A stretch of 61,753 bases of DNA from Bradymonadia bacterium (lineage in GTDB: Bacteria; Myxococcota_A; Bradymonadia; REDH01). The stretch is taken from positions 1 through 61,753 of the forward strand of contig JBLHWZ010000004.1 in NCBI GenBank assembly GCA_047629415.1. The letters are read 5' to 3'. The position numbers and the translations under genes are program-made. The notes under the pieces are model-generated. The model was not told where the DNA came from. It worked only from the letters and a program-made list of their open reading frames with translations, and made no database searches. Shown in pieces: positions 19,087 through 29,424 of the stretch (its first letter is position 1; each line of letters begins with the position of its first letter).

Positions 19087-20926
19087 CAGCGATGGGTCGG
19101 CTCGAGAGATGGAACTCGCTGCGGCAATGGTCGAGAACCTCGCTACGCAGTTCAAGTCCGCGCTCGACTTCTATCGAGAGCTGGTCCAAAATTCGATCGA
19201 TGCAGGAAGTCCGCGGATCGATGTCTGGTTGGAGTATCAGCCAGGAGAGGGCGGCGAGGGCGCGATCGTGATCCATGTCGACGACTTCGGTGACGGCATG
19301 AACGAAGCGATCATCGACAACGAGTTGACTCAACTTTTTGCGTCATCAAAGGACAACGATCTTACGAAGATTGGAAAGTTCGGGATTGGGTTCGTGTCAG
19401 TCTTTGCGCTGCGCCCCAAGGCCGTAATGGTCACGACCGGACGAGCCGGAGAGTATTGGCAAGTAATCTTTGGGGAGGACCGCTCCTTTGTGAAGACTCG
19501 AATCGACGAGCCTGTCGAGGGCACCCAGGTCGCGCTCTTTCTGGCCGGCGACTATCAACGCTACACGACTCTCTCTCGCGATTCGTTGGCGAGCCTGAAG
19601 AAGTGGTGCGTGCACTCCGAGACCGAGATCACTTTTGAGGATCGGTCGTCGGAGCTGCGCGGTGCGCGGCCTGAACTCATCACGATCAACGAGCCGTTTG
19701 GCGTTACCGGGCGGTTCGCGACGACCTACGAGGAGCCCGGCACAGTGATCGCGGTCGCCTTCTCTCCTGAGCCTGAGTGGGGTTTCTACAACCGCGGGCT
19801 CACTCTCTTACAGACCGGTGTGTACGAAGAGGCTTTTCCGGCTGAGCACCGAGAAGAACTGGGAATTGTCTCCCTAAAGCTGAAGTCGAGGTTCCTTGAG
19901 CACACCCTCACGCGAGAGACGGTTCTCCGAGATGAGAACTATGAAAAGGCTCTGGCGCGCGTGCTGGCGGTCGTTCGAGGTGAGCTGAGGGAAGCCGTGA
20001 TCGCGTCGATGGAGGAAGTCGCCGCGCTCCCGAGTTTGGAGATCGCCGACCTGGCGGATTACGCGATCGCCGCAGGTTTCGTCTCGCGCTGGCCGGCGAA
20101 GGTCTACGAAGAGTGGGCCGACCGAAAGATTCTCCGGCAACACGGCGGAGCCCCACTGTCTCTTCGAGAAGTCACCGAATCCGCTTGGACCCGGGGTCGC
20201 GTGTGCCTATCGGAGCGGTTCGACGAGTCGGTGCGACTGCTGACGGAGGGGGGCGAACGAGTGGTCTTCTCCTTCGCGCCGAACGCCTCGAGCTTGCCGG
20301 CTGCGGGAGCAGACGGGGCACCTCTGCTCGCACCCGTGTATCGAATCCTCGTAAACTGGATGCAACATGTCGAGCGCAAGCCGGCGACATTTCGAGGATG
20401 GGGCGCGATCGCGCGCGAAGTATCCGACTACGCTGGCGCAATCGTGAAGGGTTTGGGTGCCTGGGACTTCTCAACGCTCGACTCGGAGAGTTGGAGCCGC
20501 CGGCGCGCCCTCTCGTCGTTTGCCGCGGCGGACCGTGTACTGATCAGGGTGGAGCATGAAGCGCTGAGTACGGAGGCAGCGGCTCTAATCCAGGGCGCCG
20601 GGGCGGTGCTTGAGCGCGCTGATGCGGGTTACGGAACGCTCGAGGCGTGCAGTATCAGCGGCGGGTCCACTCCGCTCTTCGTGCTCGCGCAGAAGTTTGA
20701 GGACTCGATGTTGCTCCCTCCTGACCACTCGCTGCCTGGTCGCCGACCGGACGTCGCCGTGAACATTCGACACCCTCATTTCGAGCACGCGTTGTCCCTG
20801 CATGCGGCCCACCCAGCGTTGGCGCTCTACATCTTGTCGAAGGCGCTGCTCCTGAAAGAGGACCGTCTCCTGGGCCTGGATCCATCGCTGCTATCGGCGG
20901 CGCTGTCGGCGGGAGGTGCAGAATGA
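19067..20926 (+). CDS. GHKL (Hsp90/HtpG-like) ATPase
   Basis: FYRELVQNSIDA (N-box), DDFGDGM (G1), IGKFGIGFVS (G2), GTQV; middle-domain-like LEHTLTRETVLRDENY. Start could be 19109. Confidence 0.88.
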   Translation: MSSMESSSDGSAREMELAAAMVENLATQFKSALDFYRELVQNSIDAGSPRIDVWLEYQPGEGGEGAIVIHVDDFGDGMNEAIIDNELTQLFASSKDNDLTKIGKFGIGFVSVFALRPKAVMVTTGRAGEYWQVIFGEDRSFVKTRIDEPVEGTQVALFLAGDYQRYTTLSRDSLASLKKWCVHSETEITFEDRSSELRGARPELITINEPFGVTGRFATTYEEPGTVIAVAFSPEPEWGFYNRGLTLLQTGVYEEAFPAEHREELGIVSLKLKSRFLEHTLTRETVLRDENYEKALARVLAVVRGELREAVIASMEEVAALPSLEIADLADYAIAAGFVSRWPAKVYEEWADRKILRQHGGAPLSLREVTESAWTRGRVCLSERFDESVRLLTEGGERVVFSFAPNASSLPAAGADGAPLLAPVYRILVNWMQHVERKPATFRGWGAIAREVSDYAGAIVKGLGAWDFSTLDSESWSRRRALSSFAAADRVLIRVEHEALSTEAAALIQGAGAVLERADAGYGTLEACSISGGSTPLFVLAQKFEDSMLLPPDHSLPGRRPDVAVNIRHPHFEHALSLHAAHPALALYILSKALLLKEDRLLGLDPSLLSAALSAGGAE

Positions 20927-23900
20927 GCGCACTCGAGGCGCTGATTTCTGATCGGAAGAAGGCTGGGGCTTCTTCCGGAAGAAAGCGATTCAAGCTGGCT
21001 CGCCAACGCGCGGTCGCGAAGATGCGGAAGTTTGCTCTGGCGGACCCATCGTTCTTTGTTCTGGAGCTGATCCAGAGCGCTATCGCGCATGGCGCAGCGA
21101 TGGTGCACATCGGTTCAGATGAAGAGGAGTTTTCCAGGACGGGCGGCAAATTCTCGATGATTTACGGTCGCCAACACTACCGTCGGGAAGAGTTGGGGCA
21201 GCTCTTCGACTTCCTCTTCACGGCGAAAGGCGATCTCGAGAACGCGCATCTGCGGGACCTCGCGATCGGTCTCAACGCGCTGCTGAGTTTCAACCCCAAG
21301 GAGGTCCAGGTTCTTACAGGCGACGGAACGCTCAAGGGCAGCACCCTTATGAGCGTGGAAGACGGGGGGAATATCGTCGAACTCGGGCGGCCCGACGAGC
21401 CGGTACGCGGGGTACATGTGAGGGCGACGGGTATTCGTCACCCGTCGGTCCAGGGCGCGGGTCTCTCGCTTCGAAGGGCGGCAAAGGCCGCGACCATCGT
21501 CTCCGTCGTTCAAGAGCGGTGCATGCTCACGCCGGTGCCCGTCGTTGTGAATGGGGAGTCGCTCTCTGGCTACTCCTCGGACCGGTCGCTCCCACTTTTT
21601 GGCTACAGGAACAGAACGGCGCTCGACGAAGGGGACCTCTATGGGACCATCGGCATGACTGGCAGCTACCCGCTGCGCGGCATTCGCATCATGGTGCGCG
21701 GAGTTTGGATTGAGACCATCCCTCATCCTAGTGACACACAGGGCAAGAAGGGGGAGTGGAAGGACAAGGAAGGCGGCTACCTCGGGGGCGCCGTTTCGTT
21801 CGATCGCTTGCGCAAGACCGCCGACCACGCCGGGATTGTGCGGGACGAGCGCTTTCGTGAACTCCTGGCTCGGCTCGACCCCTATGTGGCGAGAGCTCGA
21901 GGTGTAAAAGGCGCGGTCCAAGCTGCGAGCTATCAGTCGCTCGAAGGACCACTCTCGCTCCGCGAGACGCGAGAACTTGTTCTCGCCAGCGAGAGCGTGG
22001 TGTGTCTGGTCGATAGGTTGGAGGCGTTGAGTAGTGACCGTTTTACTTCGGGGTTGACTCGGACTGGCTATGGCCCGTCGTTGAGAACGAATGCCACGAC
22101 GGTGGAACATCTGACGAGCCTCTCTGGGGGGCGGGTCGATATTGTCGAGGTGAGACCCGGCGAGCAAACAAGTGTCGCCGTGCACCTCAGCCTCGGACGC
22201 TCACCCCTGCCGCCGAAGCCATGGCTCGTTGAGTCGATCGCGGTTGCCTCGATGGGCTTCGCGGAGTTTGCTGCGTCCATGCCGAGTGCCGGTGACCGAG
22301 TGCGGGACGCCGCGGAGGGAAGGTCTGAGTCGCCCGTGCGAATGAGGCTCTTCACGCCCGTCGCGCCTGAAGAGCCGGACTTCGTTTTGCCCGTGCAGAT
22401 CCGTATCGCGGAACGGACGATCGCGACCCATCGAATACCTGCGGCGCATCCGGGCCATGTCCTTGTGGTCGATCTTCCCGGCTTCAGTCCGGACCGTCTT
22501 TGGGAACCAAGGGCTGCCCAAACAGATAAAAATCGTGCGTTCGCTGCGATCGCGGAACGAGCTGCGTCCTTGTCCCAAGGTGCGCTTGAAGCCGCTGCAC
22601 AGGGCGCCATTCGCACGTTGGTCGCTGGTACGATCGAGCCGAAATCTACAGCCGCCTATAAGGCTCTCTCTGTGATATCGAACAATGGCGTCTTGCGTTG
22701 GGAGTTCGACTCGGAGGGCGTCGCGTTCTGGGTTTCCGTTCCGGAACAATGGGAGCCGCTGCTCGCAGCAAAGTTGCTAAGGGCCGTCTCTGGCGAGACG
22801 AGAAGTCTGCAAGAGCTCGGCCAAACAATGAGCAACAACCGCGGCCAGATCCGGTGGGTCGAGGACGACGGCCGAACTTGCTCGGAGCCGAAGACCCTGC
22901 GGCTTAACTCGCTGGAGCTGCACTCGCTCACGGCCCTGCTGGGGGCGAACGTCCTAGATCGCTATCTCCCCACTCACGAGCCCGACCCAGAGGACGCATA
23001 CCGTGAGTTCGTGCCAGGGAAAACCTCGGCTGACGCACGGTATCAGAGTGTTCGAGCTGCTCAACTGAAGATGGTGGCGCAGCGCGCCACGGGTCGGCCG
23101 ACCGATGGCGGGTTCGTGCAAATAACCGATGGTGTCTGGCTGACGATCGACGACATCCTCGGCGATGGGAACAGGTCAGGCGATCGCTCACCGAACCGAT
23201 GCGAGGTCGGTCGGAGAGCAGACCGCATTCTGAAGATACCTGACTCCGCGGCGACATCTCAGCCACTCTTTGCAGGCCCGGGGGCACACGTACTGCGGTG
23301 CACGCCGTTCGAAATGGCCCTGCTTAGCGAACTCGGGCTCTGGGGCGATCCAGATGGAGCCTCGGCAGGTGCGGTCTATGATGCGGAGCTTCTGTGTCCG
23401 TCGGAGCTCGACGAACCCGGACTGGTCGGGGCGATCGGCATCGCCTACGACGCGGACGTCCCCAAGCTGGTGGTGGTCGACGATAGCGCGGGCACCGCTC
23501 GGATCGGTTCGCCGGCGCGTAAGTTTGGAATTTGCGGTCGATTGCGGGTCACAAGCGCAGCGGGGCTCGAAGGCCGCGTGGTTGAGGAGTGCCGCAGGGT
23601 GCTAGAGCGAGCGATCGTGCAAGTCGCGAACGGGACGGATTCAACGGGTCGACTTGGTGAGACGCTCCTCGCGTTCACGGCTCGGCATATGTCGATCAAC
23701 GACGACGGCGGCCACGCGAGTCCGGCGGTTTCGGACCCCATCGCACTCAGAGTGCTGAGACTTCCGCTCTTCCCGGCGGCCGTCGGGCTTCCTGAGACCG
23801 CGTTGGATTTGATCGCGAGGATGCGGGTCGGAAAGGACGCTCCACGCGACGAAAGGTGGTCTCCCGATCGTAGAAGATTCGCGCAGAGGCTGCAGTCGCT

Positions 23901-24357
23901 ACTCGACGAGTCAATGCGCTTCGAGCCTACCGACGTCAGCCTGGGCTCGGCGTCAGACGATCCCCTAGAAGCCGCGCGGGAAAGGCTGGGACTGGCCCAG
24001 CCAGACTTTCACACGGTTCTCGCGGGCTGGGCCACAGACGTGAATGACGTGATCAGCAGGTATCGTCCAGACCCCGATGGAGTTTCGATCAGATTGCGTT
24101 GGCTCCCCTCCGGACTCTTTCACGTATTTATGGGTAGTCGCTCGAGCTCACTCTTTGATCCGGAGTCGAGCTTCCCAGTCCCCGCATGCTTGGCCCCGTC
24201 GTCCATGACCGATCCGCGGAGCGGAGAGCAGATCGCTACGGTCAGTCTGCTCGTGTACGCTAAAGCGAACGAGCTATTGGAGGCGGTCACCAATGAGCAC
24301 GAGCGGATCTTCCAACAACGCGTGACGACTGCGTTGTTGAAAGGGGAGTTGGGGTAG
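20923..24357 (+). CDS. Large protein with degenerate N-terminal Hsp90-like (GHKL) domain
   Basis: FVLELIQSAIAHGA (N-box without Asn/Asp), LAIGLNAL (degenerate G2), LRKTADHAGIVRDERF; ATGA overlap and GGGAGG ribosome-binding site. Confidence 0.78.
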   Translation: MSALEALISDRKKAGASSGRKRFKLARQRAVAKMRKFALADPSFFVLELIQSAIAHGAAMVHIGSDEEEFSRTGGKFSMIYGRQHYRREELGQLFDFLFTAKGDLENAHLRDLAIGLNALLSFNPKEVQVLTGDGTLKGSTLMSVEDGGNIVELGRPDEPVRGVHVRATGIRHPSVQGAGLSLRRAAKAATIVSVVQERCMLTPVPVVVNGESLSGYSSDRSLPLFGYRNRTALDEGDLYGTIGMTGSYPLRGIRIMVRGVWIETIPHPSDTQGKKGEWKDKEGGYLGGAVSFDRLRKTADHAGIVRDERFRELLARLDPYVARARGVKGAVQAASYQSLEGPLSLRETRELVLASESVVCLVDRLEALSSDRFTSGLTRTGYGPSLRTNATTVEHLTSLSGGRVDIVEVRPGEQTSVAVHLSLGRSPLPPKPWLVESIAVASMGFAEFAASMPSAGDRVRDAAEGRSESPVRMRLFTPVAPEEPDFVLPVQIRIAERTIATHRIPAAHPGHVLVVDLPGFSPDRLWEPRAAQTDKNRAFAAIAERAASLSQGALEAAAQGAIRTLVAGTIEPKSTAAYKALSVISNNGVLRWEFDSEGVAFWVSVPEQWEPLLAAKLLRAVSGETRSLQELGQTMSNNRGQIRWVEDDGRTCSEPKTLRLNSLELHSLTALLGANVLDRYLPTHEPDPEDAYREFVPGKTSADARYQSVRAAQLKMVAQRATGRPTDGGFVQITDGVWLTIDDILGDGNRSGDRSPNRCEVGRRADRILKIPDSAATSQPLFAGPGAHVLRCTPFEMALLSELGLWGDPDGASAGAVYDAELLCPSELDEPGLVGAIGIAYDADVPKLVVVDDSAGTARIGSPARKFGICGRLRVTSAAGLEGRVVEECRRVLERAIVQVANGTDSTGRLGETLLAFTARHMSINDDGGHASPAVSDPIALRVLRLPLFPAAVGLPETALDLIARMRVGKDAPRDERWSPDRRRFAQRLQSLLDESMRFEPTDVSLGSASDDPLEAARERLGLAQPDFHTVLAGWATDVNDVISRYRPDPDGVSIRLRWLPSGLFHVFMGSRSSSLFDPESSFPVPACLAPSSMTDPRSGEQIATVSLLVYAKANELLEAVTNEHERIFQQRVTTALLKGELG

Positions 24358-24371
24358 CGCTGAGAGCTCGC

Positions 24372-24395
24372 CGCGGCCGCTTTTCATCGGCCGCG
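24372..24395 (+). terminator. GC-rich hairpin after the last operon gene (no U-tract)
   Basis: CGCGGCCG-cttttcat-CGGCCGCG, 14 nt after the stop. Confidence 0.4.
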
Positions 24396-24670
24396 CGTCG
24401 CTCCGCGGGTGCCGTAGACCAGTCGCAGTTCCCGTCGCAGCAGTTCTCCGCGTCGCATGCATCAGCGGTTACTCGCCGCGTGTTGTACGAAGGCAAGACC
24501 AGCGATTTCGACTTCTTACTGAGCTCGTACAGCCCCGATGCGGGCTGTCGGGCGACATGTCCGTCGCGGGCCGCAGCGAAGTCTGGTTCACTGAACCTGA
24601 TCGCCTCGGTGGCGCATTCGTTCCTGCAGCAAGTAACTGCAAACATCTACTCATCCCCCAACCTCAGCAA

Positions 24671-25318
24671 ATGTCGGAAGGCCGCCCGAGCCTGGCTCAG
24701 CTTCCAGTTTTCCCGCTCCCCGGGGCGTTCGTGTTTCCGCATCTCGTAAGCCCGCTGCACATTTTCGAGCCGCGGTATTGCCGGATGGTGGAAGATGCGC
24801 TCGCGGGAGACCGGTTGATCGCCATCGTACAGCCAGACCAGACACGCCCAGCAAACGGACCGGATGCCCCGGCCGTGTACCAACATGGAGGGGTTGGACG
24901 TATAGGAAGACACGAGCGCCTTGCCGACGGTCGCTTCAATATCCTGCTGGAGGGTGTTGGTCGAATGCGCATCGTCGAGGAACATCAGAACGGCCTGCTC
25001 TACCGGACGGTAGAGGCCGAGTGGTTCGACGATGAGCGCAACGAGCCCGAAGAGGATGAGCTCGCGGCTACCGCGCGTAGCCTAGCGAGCTCAATGGCAC
25101 GATATGCGGAGCCTAGCCGCGCCGCGTTGTGGCTACAGATCGCGTCCCCAGCGATCAACGCCGAAGTGCTCAGCAACGTGTTCCCGCGCGTGGTCTACAC
25201 GGAGCCGGGGCCGAAGCAGGCGATGCTTGAGCTGCCCTCCGTTCCCGGACGACTGAAGCGCCTGGTAGAGGACCTACAGATGATGTTGCTGGCGCACGCA
25301 GTGCCCGGGCAGGCGTAA
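24671..25318 (+). CDS. LON peptidase N-terminal substrate-binding domain protein
   Basis: LPVFPLPGAFVFP, LHIFEPRY..MVEDAL, DGRFNILLEG..R; no protease domain. Confidence 0.88.
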   Translation: MSEGRPSLAQLPVFPLPGAFVFPHLVSPLHIFEPRYCRMVEDALAGDRLIAIVQPDQTRPANGPDAPAVYQHGGVGRIGRHERLADGRFNILLEGVGRMRIVEEHQNGLLYRTVEAEWFDDERNEPEEDELAATARSLASSMARYAEPSRAALWLQIASPAINAEVLSNVFPRVVYTEPGPKQAMLELPSVPGRLKRLVEDLQMMLLAHAVPGQA

Positions 25319-25521
25319 CGCAGAGGAACGCGACGAGCGCGGCGGCGGCAGAGTCTGTGATGCTGGCGCATGAGCTCATGCTGACCAAGCGCAAGAGGAA
25401 CGCGACAAGCCATCGCCAGCCTCTTCCTCGCGGTCGTCTTCGGGCGCGCCCCTTGTTTGTCTCAGCTCGGCCTCAGCTGGGGTGGCGTGCCGTGACACGC
25501 TGCCCCGCCACCCAGGAATCG

Positions 25522-28500
25522 TTACCCCCGGCGGCGGCGCCGAAGCGCGACCAAGCCAAGTAGGATCGAGGCGAAGCCGAGGTTCCCACCGCTGGCCGTT
25601 GCGCATCCGCCATCATCCGCGGTCGCGCCTGGGCCTGTGTCGACTGGAGTTACGCCTGTGTCGCCTCCACCGCCGCCGCCAAGATCCGGAATGGCGTCTG
25701 GTGCGGCATCGGCTCCAGTGTCGTCTCCGGCGTCGACTCCAGCGTCCTCCTCGACGTCGGATCCGACGTGCTCTCCCGTGTCGACGCCGGTATCCGCTCC
25801 GACGTCGTCGCCGACATCGGGTCCAGCGTCCTGACCAACATCACCGGTGTCCGGCTCGGGGTCAGCGGTGCCGCCAAAGATGACGATCTCATAGCGCTCG
25901 GTCGGTGCCTCGCTCGGTGCGGCGACCTCGTTGGCTGCTCGCGATCCATCGATCGCGAGTACGTAGTAGGTCAGCGCGTTTCCGATCACGGCTTCTGCGG
26001 GGATTTCACCAACAAACATGTCGGCGCCAGCCTGTGTGAGCGCTGCTTCCTCGAATGTGTCGGAGTCGGCCGCCGCGTAGAACACTGAGACGTATGCCAC
26101 GCCACTAGCGTCGGTCGCGATCGCCTGAATCGACACTGCCGTGCCATCTTCGGCGGTGGTGACCGGGCTGTGCAGCAGCGTCGGCGGGTCGAGGTCGGCG
26201 GCCTCGGCCGCTTCGACCACGATGATCTCTTCGCCCATCGCAGGCTCTGCGCTCGAGTTCCCGAGCGTGTCGTCCGCAGTGACGTAGTAGCCGAGTTCTC
26301 CTTCAGTGACGTCCTCTCCCGGAATGGTGACCGTGTAGCTGTCGCCAGCGACGACCGTCATCTCGAGGGTCATCCATTCACCGCCATCGGTGATGTAGCT
26401 GAGCTCCACCAGCGCAACGCCAGCGTCATCCGTGACGGTCGCCGTCAGAGGGATCGGAGTGCCCACAACGAATGGTCCAATCGGTGCGTCCAGCTCGATC
26501 GTGAGCCCGGCGGTGTCTGGCACCGCAACGCTAACGTTGTGCCAGGCTCCTGGCGCTCCCGCGGGGCTTGTCGATGCGTTTCCGGCGTCCGCGGAGTCGG
26601 TGGCGCGCAGGTAATACTGGAGGCCCGTCGCCGAGACGGCAAACGACGGAATGCTCGCTGAAAAAGTGCCGCCAGACTCGGCCATCGCGGCCGACAGCCA
26701 GGAGGTGTCGCCCTGCGCGCGGAAGTAGAGGGTAGCGCCCTCGACACCCGATGCGTCGGTGATGGTTGCGGTGATGAGTAGCTCTGCGCCGGCAATGCCG
26801 GTCGTGACCGCCGTGTGCACGATGCTGGGGCCGGCCTCGTCGGAGTCTGCGACGCTGAACTAATGGGGTACTGCAGGTGCGGTCGACGGCTCTGTCGTTG
26901 TGTTGTCTGAGCCATCGAGAGCGGCGATGTAGTACTCGGCTCCCGGAGGTGAGACGGCGAACGAGGGGATGCTCGCGGACCAAACATCTCCGGCTGCGCT
27001 CATTGACGAGGTGAGCCATGAGGCCTCGCCTTGCGGCCGGAAGTAGAGCGTGGCCGAGGCGATGCCGGCATCATCCGTGATCGTCGCGCTGACAGTCACA
27101 GACGCGCTCTCAGGCTGGCCATCGGGGACGGGCGTGTGCGCAATGCTCGGGGCGGTGGTATCCGGCGTCGAGACCGCGAACGAGTAGTAGGACGCTGGCG
27201 CATCCGTTGGCGCAGACGCCATGTTGGCCGCGTCTGAGGCGTCCGTTGCGATCAAGTAGTACTCGACGCCTGGCTCAACGACCGCGAGAGGCGAAATCTC
27301 GCCGCTCCAAGTGGTGCCGCCGGCGTTGGTAAGGCTGGTAGAGATCCATCCGCCGCCTGCGCCAGTGACGCGGAAGTAAGCCGTCACGGAGGCGACCCCG
27401 GAAGCGTCTACAGCGACCGCTGAGATCGCGACGCTCGTCCCAGTGACCTGCTCCGCCGTAACCGGCGTGTGTGCGATCGCGGACGGTTCGTTGTCGACTG
27501 GTTCGAGCCCGACGGAGAACGAGTACAGGGCGATTGGAGCGGTCGCCGGGCTGTTCGCAGAGTTCGAGGGGTCAGCAGCGTCGGTCGCACTCAAGTAGTA
27601 CTCGAGGCCTGGCTCAGCGACGGCAGCGCCCGAAAGGACCACAGCGAATGCGTCTCCACCTGCGCCAGTCATCGAGAGCTCCGTGAAGGAGCCACCACCG
27701 ATCGTGCGATAGAAGAGCGAGACCTCCGCGATGCCTGAGGCGTCCGTCGAGGGCGTACCACCGCTGACCCAGACGCCAGCGTTCGAACAGTCGTGGATCG
27801 TGGAGCCCGCTACGATGTGGTCGTTCGAGTAGAGCGAGACGCCTCGATACGCATCCGAGAGGTCGACCTGCGAGACGTTGAACGCCTCGGTTTCCGCTAG
27901 AACGACGATGCCGTACCAGTCTCCGCGGGCTGGTGAGGCCGCGGCTGACTGGAGGATGACCGGACGGCTGATCGTACCATCGGCTTCGAGAGTACCTTCG
28001 ATGCGAATCTCGACGCCGTCGTCGTCCAAGCCGCCTTGCATCGCGTCCGTGGTCGCCATGTTAAAGCGAGAGTCGGGCAAGAACGTCATGGTGACGCCGG
28101 GCGCGATGACCATGTCTCCCGTGACCTCGGTGACCGACGAAACGGCGAACGTGTGGTCGGTTTACCAGAACCCGTGAACGCCAGCTGGAGACGCGGCCCC
28201 TGCGTGCGCAACGGCACCGAGGGTCATCGCCGGGTTCGCGGGGGAGAAGTAGCGCGCCGGCGAACGCTCCGTCGGCTCGAAGTCTCCACCATCTGGATCC
28301 GCCAGCAACCCGTTGTAGTTCAGGTTATCGAGGTTCGAGGTTGGTCCGTTTACGTTGGTGAACTGGTTGTCACCCCACCAAACGTTGCGCTGGAAGACGT
28401 CAAAAGCTGCGCGGTAGCTGGTGTACGCTGCCAGATCCCGCACGATGTATGTGTTGTTGCCGAAGACAGAGTTCGTGATGTCGAGTTTCACCCGGCGGGA

Positions 28501-29295
28501 GGAACTCGACGTGCCACGAGTCACCTGAATCGCGTCAGCGTTTGCGTAAAAGGTGCTGTAAGCGACCTGGAGGTCCCACGTGCCATTCAGCGACGCGACG
28601 AAGCTGATCCCGTCAGTAGTGTTGGAGTCGAAGATGGTGTGGTCGACGACCAGATCAATATTGGTCGCATGGATGCCGACGGCACATCCGGTGAACGATG
28701 ACTCGGTCACGCTCACGGTGGCGGAGCCGGCGCTGAAGAACATCCCGTAAGTACTGGCGCCGCCACCTGAACAGTCGATGTCGACGTCGGTGAGGGTCAA
28801 TGTTTGTGAGCTGGTCACCGCGCTGCTGATGCCGCGGGCACGCGGTGCGACGATGTCGACGCCGGTGATGCTAAAGTCAGCGTCGTCGCCGTTGCCCAGG
28901 TCGAGCGGGTAGTCGGCGTAACGAATCTCGACATTGGAGAGCGTTGCGCTCGCCCCGTTGTCGAAGCGTAGGCCCTCCCAGGATCCTGCGGTGGTTGAAC
29001 CGTCGGCCGTGAAGAGGATCTCGGCACCCGCACTCGCGTCAGCGATCAGGACTCCGCCATTGCTGACGAACAACTCCGTGTCGCCACCACTCGTCGAGGC
29101 GCGCACTTCAACACCTGGCTCAATCGTCAGCGTCGCTCCGGACTGAACGACGACGTCTGAAGTCAGCAGATATGGGCTGGCCGCGGCGGTCCAAGTTGTG
29201 TCGCTGTTGATGCCGCCAGCGACATCGGTTGCGTGTGCCGAGGAGGCAATCGCAGTGAGCGTAAGTGCGGAGAGAACAAAGGATCTTGCGTGTAT
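25522..29295 (-). pseudogene. Single-frame MYXO-CTERM surface protein (beta-helix plus 6 Ig-like repeats) broken by two in-frame stops and an ATA start
   Basis: Three track ORFs share one frame, separated only by TAA 28162-28164 and TAG 26860-26862. Signal peptide (I)HARSFVLSALTLTAIASSAHA starts at ATA 29295. C-terminus GGCATASGGNLGFASILLGLVALRRRRRG. Confidence 0.88.
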
Positions 29296-29424
29296 ATCAA
29301 GTCAGGGTTTCGTGCGTCGCACTGATGTAGCGAGGGGTAGGGCGCCGTGCAACGCAAAACCCAGACCCCACCGGGACTATCGGGCAAAACGGGGCCCCTC
29401 CGGCCTACTCCGACCGCCTCCGAC

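Noticed and set aside
24287-24646. Cys-containing minus-strand ORF (119 aa)
   Set aside because: No recognisable motif and it overlaps the upstream gene end; at most a remnant.
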